Shown: positions 20,604 to 30,547 of the stretch, in pieces
Layout: each line of letters starts with the position of its first letter
Numbering within the stretch: position 1 is the stretch's first letter
Virus record (IMG/VR): IMGVR_UViG_3300009506_000004
Span: 65,440-129,439 of that record
Source of the DNA: a virus
Length of the DNA stretch: 64,000 nt
Strand: one strand, 5' to 3'
Translations under genes and position numbers: made by a program
Notes under the pieces: generated by a model
Database searches by the model: none
Told to the model about the DNA's origin: nothing
The model's input: only the letters and a program-made list of their open reading frames with translations

Positions 20604-21064
20604 TCCGCCACTGCCTGACCAAGTAGAAAAACCTGCCTAGCTGCTTCTAATTTTTCTTCATCTAAAGAATTGGCTTCCATAACAGTATTTTTTATAATAT
20701 TTATTTCTATAGCAGAAAAACCAGAATCTTTTAATTCTTGCTCATATTGTAACCAAGTAGATGGGTTATCAAGTTTAACTGTTTCCCATTCAATATTACT
20801 TGGTTTCAATGATTCTAAAATAACCCAAGCTATACGTCTAGTATTATAATTAATAACTTGCTGTTTATATCCATCATCATCAAGATTATTTATTTTTTCC
20901 CCATTTTTTAAGATAACAGGTGGAATTGGATAATGTAAATAATCATCTAATTTTGAAAAATCAGACACAGACTCAGCTACAATAACAATTGGTTCACTGT
21001 TTTCTCGTGGAAATACAACAGTTTTTTTATTTTTTCCTTTAATTTCTTTGCCATTAATCTTCAT
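20561..21064 (-). CDS. Tail assembly chaperone (gpG-like)
   Basis: Follows the tail tube genes and carries slippery sequences near its 3' end. Confidence 0.75.
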   Translation of the reverse strand: MKINGKEIKGKNKKTVVFPRENSEPIVIVAESVSDFSKLDDYLHYPIPPVILKNGEKINNLDDDGYKQQVINYNTRRIAWVILESLKPSNIEWETVKLDNPSTWLQYEQELKDSGFSAIEINIIKNTVMEANSLDEEKLEAARQVFLLGQAVAEKNTSGQNTQAQTS

Positions 21065-21083
21065 ATTTTTTCCTTTAATAAAG

Positions 21084-21120
21084 AAATAACAGAGACAGAA
21101 ACTTTCTGTCTCTGTTATTT
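21084..21120 (-). terminator. Intrinsic terminator after the tail tube genes
   Basis: AAATAACAGAGACAGAAA-C-TTTCTGTCTCTGTTATTT perfect hairpin. Confidence 0.75.
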
Positions 21121-21124
21121 ATAT

Positions 21125-21862
21125 TTACGTACGTGTTAATGTAGGTTTAACTGCATTACAACGACCAGTCATAGATAATGTTGAAGCAGATAAATCAGCT
21201 TCAAATGTATCATATCTAAAATCAGGTAATAATGTTGTTTCTGTTTCTGCCCCACCACATGGTGGAACATGATCAACTTCTAAATCTACTGCGTATGGTT
21301 CACATGGATCACTAGAACTTGAAACCCATTCAGAAGCGCCACCTGTACCATTTAAAGCATCAAAAGGTGTAATAGTCTCAGATGTCCCTGTAGTGATAAA
21401 TTCGTAAACACTATCTAAAGTAACATCTAGGGGTTGCTGGTCACCTTCACGAACAGTATCAAGATTACCGCGATCAAGTAAGTATTCAAATTCTCGATTG
21501 ACTGTCCAAACAAGATTCCCATCACCCATTTTTACTTCAATTTGCTGATTTAAAAATGTGACTGTATCATCATTAGCATAAGTACCAGCACCTAAAGCAG
21601 GTGAGAAATCTATATTTGTAGTTGCACCAGTGGATGGTGTACGGTCTGTAACAGTATGCACTTGTGTAACAGTTTCACCAGTTAAAGTAAATCTTGCTCC
21701 AATAGGAACTTGTGTTGTTACTGCACTATTTAATGATACAGTATCAATATCAAATTCGGTATCAGTAGCAGCTGGTGGAGTTGAAGGCTCATTAACTAAA
21801 GCCGTACCAGATAAGCCATCTTTGATGCGAATTGTTGCATCACGAAGTTCAATTCTTGCCAT
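21125..21862 (-). CDS. Tail tube protein, paralog 2
   Basis: Position before the chaperone and tape measure; N- and C-terminal parts nearly identical to 21875..22603. Confidence 0.75.
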   Translation of the reverse strand: MARIELRDATIRIKDGLSGTALVNEPSTPPAATDTEFDIDTVSLNSAVTTQVPIGARFTLTGETVTQVHTVTDRTPSTGATTNIDFSPALGAGTYANDDTVTFLNQQIEVKMGDGNLVWTVNREFEYLLDRGNLDTVREGDQQPLDVTLDSVYEFITTGTSETITPFDALNGTGGASEWVSSSSDPCEPYAVDLEVDHVPPCGGAETETTLLPDFRYDTFEADLSASTLSMTGRCNAVKPTLTRT

Positions 21863-21874
21863 ATTATCCTCCTA

Positions 21875-22603
21875 TTATGTAGTACGTGTTAATGTAGGTT
21901 TAACTGCATTACAACGACCAGTCATAGATAATGTTGAAGCAGATAAATCAGCTTCAAATGTATCATATCTAAAATCTGGAAGTAATGTTGTTTCTTTTTG
22001 AGCACCACCACACGGAGGAATATGCTCTACTTCAATGTCAACAGCATATGGTTCACAAGGATCACTAGAACTTGAAACCCATTCAGAAGCATCACCAGTA
22101 CCATTTAGAGCATCATACGGAGTGATAACTTCAGATGTGCCTGTAGTTATAAACTCATAAACACTATCTAAAGTAACATCCAAAGGTTGTTGGTCACCTT
22201 CGCGAACAGTATCAAGATTACCTTTATCAAGCAAATATTCAAATTCTCGATTGACTGTCCAAACAAGATTCCCATCACCCATTTTTACTTCAATTCGTTG
22301 ACTCTGAAATGTAATTACTGCATCATCAACAACACCAGTCGCAAGTGCTGGTGTAAAAGTAATATCAGTTGTTGGACTTGAAGCTGTTGGTGTTCTAGCT
22401 GTAACTGTATGTACTGGAGAACCAGTCTCAGCAGCAATAGTGAACCTTGCACCAACTGGTACTAAATCAGTGTCTTCAGTATTCAACACTATTGTATCAA
22501 TACCAATAGTTGTACCAGTTGGAGTGGTTTCATCAACAGCAGCAGTACCAGAAAGACCATCCTTAATTCGGATAGTTGCATCTCTTAATTCAATTCTTGC
22601 CAT
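21875..22603 (-). CDS. Tail tube protein, paralog 1
   Basis: Acidic beta-rich protein between the terminator-like gene and the chaperone. Confidence 0.75.
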   Translation of the reverse strand: MARIELRDATIRIKDGLSGTAAVDETTPTGTTIGIDTIVLNTEDTDLVPVGARFTIAAETGSPVHTVTARTPTASSPTTDITFTPALATGVVDDAVITFQSQRIEVKMGDGNLVWTVNREFEYLLDKGNLDTVREGDQQPLDVTLDSVYEFITTGTSEVITPYDALNGTGDASEWVSSSSDPCEPYAVDIEVEHIPPCGGAQKETTLLPDFRYDTFEADLSASTLSMTGRCNAVKPTLTRTT

Positions 22604-22620
22604 TTTTATACCTCTCCCAC

Positions 22621-23115
22621 TTAGGGATAGATGTCCATTTCAAGATTAACGTCCACTGAGAATTGACGTAACCTGTCTTCAGGGTTAATCTCTCCAAAGT
22701 GGAAAACTTTAATACCCTCTTTTCGCCCACGCCTAAGAGTAAGGCACCCAATCAACGATTGGTCATCATCTACCCCACTGCCATACTTATAAACTGGTAT
22801 TGCTTGAGCGGCAACTTGGGCTATGTCACCAGCCATTTGTGTACCATAGTATGCGTTAGGTTCAATGCCACCCATGTGAGAATAAATTAAAATGTTGGCA
22901 TCTACTTCAAAACGCCAATAATTATGACTTAATTCTTTTATAGATGGCCCATTAATACGAATTTCCACACGATTAGTTGAAGTCATGAAATCTGTAGTTC
23001 GTTCATCTACACCTTCAATTAAAGATTTATAGCCTTTTGTAATAGCACAACTTTTAAAATGATCTCCAACTGACGCCTGCACCCACCTTGGCCAATTTTC
23101 ATTATAAGTTGTCAT
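22621..23115 (-). CDS. Tail terminator-like protein
   Basis: Size and position immediately upstream of the tail tube genes. Confidence 0.55.
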   Translation of the reverse strand: MTTYNENWPRWVQASVGDHFKSCAITKGYKSLIEGVDERTTDFMTSTNRVEIRINGPSIKELSHNYWRFEVDANILIYSHMGGIEPNAYYGTQMAGDIAQVAAQAIPVYKYGSGVDDDQSLIGCLTLRRGRKEGIKVFHFGEINPEDRLRQFSVDVNLEMDIYP

Positions 23116-23708
23116 TACACTACTCCACTAGCTAATTGTTGGAAGTCCAAGATACTATAACCAGTAAGATTGTGGATCTGTTCTGGTATGACGCCAATCA
23201 ATTCTGTACCCATTACTTCCCAAAGTGTATCAAATTCGTTATCTTTTACTTGTTTTATTTCATATTTTTTACCACCATAAACAATCCAATCATCTTGAGC
23301 AATTTCATATCCTATCGGCAAATCTCTAGGGTCTATATAAAACCATCTTGAAGCACGATCATACGTTCCACCATAAACAAATTGCTTATCAGATGAAATC
23401 ATTGATATAGTTTGTGTTTGTGTACGTTCTATTTTTACTGGTAGTATAATAACACGTGAAATAGTAATAACTGTTCTACCAGGCCAAGTTTTAACACCTG
23501 TTTTTGTATCAGTAGTTGGATTCCCTTGCCTATACAAGAAAATAGAACCACCATACAATCTCTTTAACTTATATATTGTATTTCTAATGCGTATTGTCAC
23601 GTATCTACCTACTATCCTAGAATTTGGTGCAACTGCTTGTGGTACTAATCCTGATGGTAGTAAACCACTTCCAGGGCTTATGCCATAGCCATACATTACA
23701 ATTGTCAT
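23115..23708 (-). CDS. Head closure / head-tail joining protein
   Basis: DDWIVYGGKKYEIKQV motif typical of head-closure proteins. Confidence 0.6.
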   Translation of the reverse strand: MTIVMYGYGISPGSGLLPSGLVPQAVAPNSRIVGRYVTIRIRNTIYKLKRLYGGSIFLYRQGNPTTDTKTGVKTWPGRTVITISRVIILPVKIERTQTQTISMISSDKQFVYGGTYDRASRWFYIDPRDLPIGYEIAQDDWIVYGGKKYEIKQVKDNEFDTLWEVMGTELIGVIPEQIHNLTGYSILDFQQLASGVV

Positions 23709-24949
23709 AGCACTTCCATTTTATTTCTTCTCTCGGCACCTTGTCCACGATATTTCTGAGAACCATCTACATCTTCGTATATATCAGCCTGAAGTAATGG
23801 AGAACCATCATCATCATAAACAATAAGCTTACCAGTATCAGGATTTGTTTCTAATCTATTTGTAGTAATCTTTCTGGTCATTTGTACGTCTGTTCCGTCA
23901 ACGAAGCCACATTTTACTACTGTTGTTCCATTACTTCCATCAGTTAATAATCCTGTTCCTCTTATAACTATATGGCCACCTGTACATGTTTCATCTAAAA
24001 TAAGACATCCAGGATCCATATCAACTGATGCATAACACCCAGCTGTGAAATTTTCAAATTTTATTATACCAGAATAATTTCTTAAATTAAAATTAACATT
24101 AGAACCAAAATCAATAATAGGTGGTATATCTTCTGATATTTTACTTACACATGAATAAAAACTAACAATAGCATCATTATCAATTACTATATCAGATTCA
24201 ATGTGACATTCTCTAAAAATACCATCTAATCCAACCAAAATACCTAAAGTACATTGATCTGCTTCTATTTGGCCCTCCATTGTTCCTTCAATAGATATAT
24301 TATGGAAATCACAATTATTTACATCAAAACCACCTATATTAATAGTGTCAGAAATTTCACCACCAGTCCCTTTAAATGACCAATTTGTAATATTTCTGTC
24401 TAATGTAAAACTTCCTCTGATATTAAATGCTCTTAATTTATCTCTTACAGCTATAGTAAAAGCATCTGCTATATTATCTACAGGATTAGTTGGTGTTCCA
24501 ACACCTTCGGCTGTACCAGGTACACCATTAAATTCATCTACATAAACAGCTTGTAATAATTGAGTTAAATCTAATCTAGCAACAGAAGCATCAACTAAAT
24601 TAGAAACTCTGTGTGTTACAAGAACTGTATAAGTACCAAGAGTAGGAATAACTGTAGATTCACCATAAGGATCAGTATATAAATTACCAACGATTAATAA
24701 TTCATGATCAGCTTCTTGTGGTCTTATTTTCCACCCATTTATTAAAAAGTAAGTTGAACCAAGATTTTGAACATCAGAAATTGGGTCACCACCTACAGCT
24801 CTTAATGCAGGTGCCCATTTCATATTGTCATCAAGTTGTACCTCTTCCTTCCAATCAGAATATAAATCTACTTGTACATCCAATTCAACAACACCCGGCT
24901 TCAAAATGAATATCCGGTTTTCCCAGTCTGCTGTCCATTTTGCTGCCAT
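23705..24949 (-). CDS. Virion structural protein with a beta-helix-like centre
   Basis: DLYSDWKE N-domain related to that of 30548..32647 (LYSFFKEEW); GTPTNPV motif. Confidence 0.6.
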   Translation of the reverse strand: MAAKWTADWENRIFILKPGVVELDVQVDLYSDWKEEVQLDDNMKWAPALRAVGGDPISDVQNLGSTYFLINGWKIRPQEADHELLIVGNLYTDPYGESTVIPTLGTYTVLVTHRVSNLVDASVARLDLTQLLQAVYVDEFNGVPGTAEGVGTPTNPVDNIADAFTIAVRDKLRAFNIRGSFTLDRNITNWSFKGTGGEISDTINIGGFDVNNCDFHNISIEGTMEGQIEADQCTLGILVGLDGIFRECHIESDIVIDNDAIVSFYSCVSKISEDIPPIIDFGSNVNFNLRNYSGIIKFENFTAGCYASVDMDPGCLILDETCTGGHIVIRGTGLLTDGSNGTTVVKCGFVDGTDVQMTRKITTNRLETNPDTGKLIVYDDDGSPLLQADIYEDVDGSQKYRGQGAERRNKMEVL

Positions 24950-24961
24950 TTAATTGATTCC

Positions 24962-27004
24962 TTATGGGTTAGAATAATTTCTATCAAATTGTTGTTGAAT
25001 AGGAATAGAAGTGTTTACAGTAGGCATTAGGTAATTTTCTATTCTAATTGGAACATACTCAATATGATGGATTATAATATCAACATATGAATTTGTATCA
25101 GCTGTAAATGTAAAACTAGTACCAGAATTTTCAACACCATCTACTTCTGTTGTAGTCCCGGCCTCATAAACTCTTACTTCTGTATTTGCTATTAAGCCAG
25201 TTAATGTAACATCAGCAGTACTATTTACTGTAGTAGAACCACCACCTGTATCATCTATTTCATCTTCATCAATATTACTTTCAGAGGCGTTAATCGTTAC
25301 TGTACTAGCACTACTATTCTCACCATGCCATTTAGGTGTACCAGTACTTCCAAAGCCAAAGAAATTTAATCTACTAGCTGTATAGGAGCCAGATGATGGG
25401 AAATGAGTATGATGTTCAATATTATTAGAAATCCAAGCTTGCCCTAAAGCAGGCCCACTTGATACAGTAGATGTATTTCTAGCTCTAACATAATATATTG
25501 GAATTTTAGCTTCAACATCCCAATCATATGTTCCCCAATCTGATGGCAATGTCCAAGATACAGTTTGTGAACCACTAACTGTGAACCCAGTAGTATTATC
25601 AGTAACACCACTTAAAGCTGACCAACTTGATCCATCCCAATATTCCCATGTTATAACATTACTTGCTCTAGTAGTTGTAGTATTTACTGTTATTTCAGTA
25701 AATTTTCTCTCACTACCAAAACTAATATAATCACCAGAATAATAAGGTAAAGCAACATCGTTGGATGTAGAATTATTAATATCTGTTGTGTCTTCATATA
25801 CAGGTGGATAAGCTGCTGTACTGTATATCAAACAATATTTAAGTGGTATATCAGTGTCTACATCTGCTATAAAATTAATTTGTTTTATTTGATGGCTACT
25901 AACAAATTCTAATCCTCTATCAGGAACTGGGCCAATAATTGTATTATTCAAAAATTCAACAGTATTTGGTTGAATTTCGCCACATTTAATAAATGTACAA
26001 CCAATTATGTCTGTTATTGTTGACCCAGCAAATTGAGAAACACCCAATCTCTTAAAAGTTGTACCGTAAAAATTACAACTATCAATATCAGAATTATCTG
26101 TTTCTTGGTCTATTTCTATATAGTCACCATCACTTGAGATAACACCACCTAAAATACCCTTTCTGTCGTCACCAGATCCAATTACTTCCCCTAATTGAAA
26201 ATCAGTCGTACCAGTGGAATTTCCTTGAAATACTAACTTAAAACAACCATTTTGTGATAAAGAGCCACCACGAAAATCATTATTTCTAACAAATATTTTT
26301 GCATTAGTATTATCTGTAAAATCAACACTATTTGATCCGGATCCATCACCAAAAATTAATTCACCAGTTAATAAATAACCACCTCCAGATAATGTTTGTA
26401 AAATTCCATATTTATTAGAAGTACTTTCATCATCAGCTGCAATTTCCTCAAAACCCTTCCCCGGAGTAGTATTTGTTCCTGTTATAATTAACCCTCTACC
26501 AAATCTAATTGCATCAATGAATACATTATCAGCTCTATTAGGTTTAGCTGAAGAATATGTTGATAAACCTATTCTTCTAACTGAATTCCAAGCAAAAGTA
26601 CCACCACCGGCATTATAAGGATCTGTATTAGTGTCTACATATACATATTGCCAAGCTGGAGAAGGTACATAACGATAAGTACCAGGTACTCCTCTTCCTA
26701 TACGGTAATAAAGCCATGCACTAGCACTATCATAAAAAATTAAATCTATTGTTGTAATTTTGGCTATTTCCATTAAACGATACCAAATTCTTACAACAGT
26801 ATCTGTTAAATCTACATTACTTCCATAATCATATACTAATTCAGATGTACCAGCAGCATCCACTTTACCAGAATAACATGAAGAACCTTGTAAATATTCA
26901 TCTGTGTTATATGCAGCAGTAATATTAGTTGCATACCAGGTACCAGATTCACTAGATTCAGCTAATGTCCAATTTGTTAAGTTTGGTGTAATAGTAAGTG
27001 CCAT
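24962..27004 (-). CDS. Fibre/receptor-binding-like structural protein (680 aa)
   Basis: S/T/G-rich beta protein with a WEYWDG..W module; ends QQQFDRNYSNP. Confidence 0.7.
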   Translation of the reverse strand: MALTITPNLTNWTLAESSESGTWYATNITAAYNTDEYLQGSSCYSGKVDAAGTSELVYDYGSNVDLTDTVVRIWYRLMEIAKITTIDLIFYDSASAWLYYRIGRGVPGTYRYVPSPAWQYVYVDTNTDPYNAGGGTFAWNSVRRIGLSTYSSAKPNRADNVFIDAIRFGRGLIITGTNTTPGKGFEEIAADDESTSNKYGILQTLSGGGYLLTGELIFGDGSGSNSVDFTDNTNAKIFVRNNDFRGGSLSQNGCFKLVFQGNSTGTTDFQLGEVIGSGDDRKGILGGVISSDGDYIEIDQETDNSDIDSCNFYGTTFKRLGVSQFAGSTITDIIGCTFIKCGEIQPNTVEFLNNTIIGPVPDRGLEFVSSHQIKQINFIADVDTDIPLKYCLIYSTAAYPPVYEDTTDINNSTSNDVALPYYSGDYISFGSERKFTEITVNTTTTRASNVITWEYWDGSSWSALSGVTDNTTGFTVSGSQTVSWTLPSDWGTYDWDVEAKIPIYYVRARNTSTVSSGPALGQAWISNNIEHHTHFPSSGSYTASRLNFFGFGSTGTPKWHGENSSASTVTINASESNIDEDEIDDTGGGSTTVNSTADVTLTGLIANTEVRVYEAGTTTEVDGVENSGTSFTFTADTNSYVDIIIHHIEYVPIRIENYLMPTVNTSIPIQQQFDRNYSNP

Positions 27005-27013
27005 TTATCACTC

Positions 27014-29074
27014 CTACGGATTATCGTAATTTCTATCAAATTGTTGCTGAATTGGGATAGTTGTATTTATTGTAGGAATTGTATATCCTTCTATTCTAAT
27101 TGGAACATACTCAATATGATGTATAATAATATCTACATCAGAACTAACATCTGCACTAAATGTAAAACTAGTACCAGAGTTTTCAACACCATCTACCTCT
27201 GTTGTAGTTCCGGCTTCATAAACTCTTACTTCTGTATTTGCTATTAAGCCAGAAAGTGTAATATCAGCTGTGCTGTTAACAGTAGTAGAACCACCTCCAG
27301 TATTTTCTATTTCATTTTGAGCAATATTACTTTCAGAAGCATTAATTGTAACTGTACCAGCACTACTATTCTCACCGTGCCATTTAGGTTCACCAGCCGG
27401 GCTAGTACCGATGAAATTCAAATTACTAGCAGTAAATGTTCCTGATGATGGAAAATGGACATGATGTTCTACAACATCATTTAAGAATACTTGTGCTAAT
27501 TTAGGGATATTAGATAAAGCAGATGATATTCTTGCACGGATATAATATAACGGTGTTTCTAAATCAATGGCTACTTTTGCCCAATCACTTGGAGGATCGA
27601 AAGTAACATCTTGTAAACCACTTACACTAAAACCACCAGTATCATCTACCAAACCACTGAGAGGTTCCCAAGAATCACCATCCCAATACTCCCATACTAT
27701 TAAACCATCAGCTCCAAAACTCCAGCCACTATTACCACCTTGATCAAGGACTGTGCCATCAGTAGCATCTATTGCAGAAGTAACATATGTACATACAGAA
27801 TCTAAAACATTACAATATGATGCTGACCCGGTTATTCCACTTGCTAAATTAAAATTTAAATTATCAATATTTAATTGAGTACCATTAACTCCACCTAAAG
27901 TTAATATGCCTCCATCTAAATCAAATGTTCCATCATTCATATCATAATCAGTACCATTATGAAATCTAAATCCAGTAGATCCATTTATGCTTACATTTCC
28001 ATCACTCCAAACTGTATATCCAGCTAGGTCAAAATCACCATCTATACCAGTGAAAGAATCTGTATATAAATCTGAAGCAAGTGTCAAACTACCACCAGAT
28101 TTATTTACTTCAATATCATCTAAAATACTCCCATAATTATCAGTAAATATTTGATCATTAGTACCAGAAAAAATTATAGTACCTGTTCCTTTTGACCAAT
28201 AACTATCAGTAGAATTATAATCAATATAAAGATCACCTTGAAATTCTAAATCTGGATTATTGATAGAACAATTAAAATGTACTTCATTAGAACCAGATAC
28301 TAACCCTATTCTGCATTCATCTGTAAAAATGGGACAAGTTGAACCAACTCTAATTTCTACATCAGCATCATTTCCTTGTGTACTAAACCATATAGGTATA
28401 TTTATTGTCCCTGTTCCACTTAGCAAAAATGGACTTGATGCATCATCGCCCCAAATAGAATATGTTATAGCTGCATCACCATTTAAACTACCATTTACAA
28501 CAGCTTCTTTTAGGATAATTATACCAGGTTCTTCTGGTGGATCGGTGTTATTACATATTAAGATTGCATTATTTTCTATAATTAATTTATTTATTATTTT
28601 TATACCAACTCCAAAATCTAAATAAGTAGCACCATTAACTATGGTTAAATCATATAAAGCATTAGTTTTCCCACAATTATGTGTATTATAAGAACCTGTT
28701 AATCTTATATGTGATGTACCATAAGTCCAGGTACCTTGAGTATAACAATAAAAATTTCCACCTACTGTTAATGTACAATTACCTAAATCTACAGCAGAAG
28801 TAGAACCAGCAAAATTACAACTATCAATTATATTATGACTATAAGAAGAATCAGCAAAATCTAATAAACCATCAAAACTTGTTATTACAATTTTATAACA
28901 ATCTATTGCTATATCAGTAATACAAGTTCCACTACCAGTATAAGATCCATCAAATGTAGCTGTATCTGCTGTCCCAGGTACACCAGCACCACCCGAACCA
29001 CCAGATGATGTTGACCAATTACCTGAATTATTCCAATAACTACTTGATGCACCAACCCAATATAATATAGCCAT
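27014..29074 (-). CDS. Chimeric structural protein: inserted MAILYWVG..GWSF module fused to the C-terminal third of a 24962..27004 paralog
   Basis: The last 232 aa align to the C-terminus of 24962..27004. Confidence 0.7.
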   Translation of the reverse strand: MAILYWVGASSSYWNNSGNWSTSSGGSGGAGVPGTADTATFDGSYTGSGTCITDIAIDCYKIVITSFDGLLDFADSSYSHNIIDSCNFAGSTSAVDLGNCTLTVGGNFYCYTQGTWTYGTSHIRLTGSYNTHNCGKTNALYDLTIVNGATYLDFGVGIKIINKLIIENNAILICNNTDPPEEPGIIILKEAVVNGSLNGDAAITYSIWGDDASSPFLLSGTGTINIPIWFSTQGNDADVEIRVGSTCPIFTDECRIGLVSGSNEVHFNCSINNPDLEFQGDLYIDYNSTDSYWSKGTGTIIFSGTNDQIFTDNYGSILDDIEVNKSGGSLTLASDLYTDSFTGIDGDFDLAGYTVWSDGNVSINGSTGFRFHNGTDYDMNDGTFDLDGGILTLGGVNGTQLNIDNLNFNLASGITGSASYCNVLDSVCTYVTSAIDATDGTVLDQGGNSGWSFGADGLIVWEYWDGDSWEPLSGLVDDTGGFSVSGLQDVTFDPPSDWAKVAIDLETPLYYIRARISSALSNIPKLAQVFLNDVVEHHVHFPSSGTFTASNLNFIGTSPAGEPKWHGENSSAGTVTINASESNIAQNEIENTGGGSTTVNSTADITLSGLIANTEVRVYEAGTTTEVDGVENSGTSFTFSADVSSDVDIIIHHIEYVPIRIEGYTIPTINTTIPIQQQFDRNYDNP

Positions 29075-29076
29075 AA

Positions 29077-30423
29077 TTAAATTCTCACAGTACTAGTATT
29101 TATACCTAATTTTGAAAAATGACTACGAGAGCCAAAAACAATATGCCCTAGATATGAACTATCTGCTACAATAACATCATCTGATGTAGAATCATTTGCT
29201 TCATCAGTATATTCAGTATATGCACTAGTTACAGTACTGTAATGATATACTTTTCTAATTGGTTGATCTTCAGTTGTGCCAGCGATGAAATCAATTTGTT
29301 TTATTTGATGTCCACTTACAATTTCTAATCCACGATCAGGAACTGGGGCAATAATTGTGTTATTTAAAAATTCAACAGTATTTGGCTGAATTTCATCACA
29401 CTTAATGAATGTGCAACCAATGGCTTCTTGAGTTGTTGAACCAGCCATTTTTATATTACTAGCATTTTCAAATGTTACACCATACAAATTACAACTATCA
29501 ATATCTGAAGAATCTGTTTCTGAATCAAAAGTAAATTTTTCATCTTCAGAAACAAATGTTGGGCCTAAAGCACCTTGTCTATCGTCACCTGTCCCATTTA
29601 ATACACCTAATTCAAAATCAGTAGTCCCTGTAGCATTTCCTACAATTGAAATATTATAAATTCCAGTATTATCTAAAGTACCAACTATTTTTTCGTTGGT
29701 TCTCATAAAAATAACAGGTGCATCTGTATCTGTAAAATCTACACTACTTGACCCAGAAGAATCACCAAAAATTAATTCACCAGTTAAAAGATAAGCACCA
29801 CCTTCTAATTTTTGCAAAATACCATATTTATTAGAAGTGCTTTCATCAGTATCTGCAATTTCTGCAAATCCTTTTCCAGGAATAGAATTCGTACCAGTAA
29901 TAATTAACCCACGACCATATCTTATAGCATCAATAAAGACATTATCTGAACGCGCTGGTTTAGTAGTCATAAAGCATGACATACCAATTTTTCTTAATGT
30001 ACTAAAGCTAACAGTACCACTACCAGTATCAAAAGGTGTATTTACATCAACTACATAGTAATTCCAACCTTCTTTAGTTACATCATTACCACCAACATAC
30101 CATTCTCCCCAGTTCCCAGATCCATCAACCACGTAAATACGTATACCACCATTAGCTTTAGAATAATATTTATTTATTTCGCCATGTCTAGCCCAAATTC
30201 TAATAACTTGATTTGAAAGGTTTTGATTACTCCCATAATTATAAATCATATAAGAGCGAGTGGCAGCAGTTTTTACAGTACAAGACCAACAAGATGATCC
30301 TTGTACATATTCATCTGTGTTTTGCCCCCAACCATTATTAACTTGTAAAACTTCCCAAGAACCTGATTCACTAGATTCAGCCAATGTCCAATTTGTTAAA
30401 TTTGGTGTTATAGTAAGAGCCAT
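29077..30423 (-). CDS. N-terminal two-thirds of a 24962..27004 paralog
   Basis: Probable start ATG 30423 with a GAGGA RBS; MALTITPNLTNWTLAESSESG is identical to the paralog's N-terminus. Confidence 0.7.
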   Translation of the reverse strand: MALTITPNLTNWTLAESSESGSWEVLQVNNGWGQNTDEYVQGSSCWSCTVKTAATRSYMIYNYGSNQNLSNQVIRIWARHGEINKYYSKANGGIRIYVVDGSGNWGEWYVGGNDVTKEGWNYYVVDVNTPFDTGSGTVSFSTLRKIGMSCFMTTKPARSDNVFIDAIRYGRGLIITGTNSIPGKGFAEIADTDESTSNKYGILQKLEGGAYLLTGELIFGDSSGSSSVDFTDTDAPVIFMRTNEKIVGTLDNTGIYNISIVGNATGTTDFELGVLNGTGDDRQGALGPTFVSEDEKFTFDSETDSSDIDSCNLYGVTFENASNIKMAGSTTQEAIGCTFIKCDEIQPNTVEFLNNTIIAPVPDRGLEIVSGHQIKQIDFIAGTTEDQPIRKVYHYSTVTSAYTEYTDEANDSTSDDVIVADSSYLGHIVFGSRSHFSKLGINTSTVRI

Positions 30424-30547
30424 TGGTTCCTCATTTGTTTTTACATTTGCATATTGTTTTAAAATTAATCCAGATTTTGCCGATAAGTTTTTCTTTTTAC
30501 GGGGCATAATTCGACAAAATTGGGCTAGAAAACTAGCTCAATTCCTT

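Noticed and set aside
24962-27250. Diversity-generating retroelement template/variable repeat pair
   Set aside because: Both copies are coding, the differences look mostly synonymous rather than adenine-specific, and no reverse transcriptase is in the window
27713-29082. Self-splicing intron, intein or ribosomal bypass as the explanation for the insert
   Set aside because: No group I/II core or intein motifs. The insert is fully coding, its flanking codons differ (AGA vs GGA), and it is far longer than known bypass gaps.
30424-30507. N-terminal extension MPRKKKNL... of ORF 29077..30507
   Set aside because: The paralog starts at MALTITP and a GAGGA RBS precedes ATG 30423, so the upstream start is probably spurious
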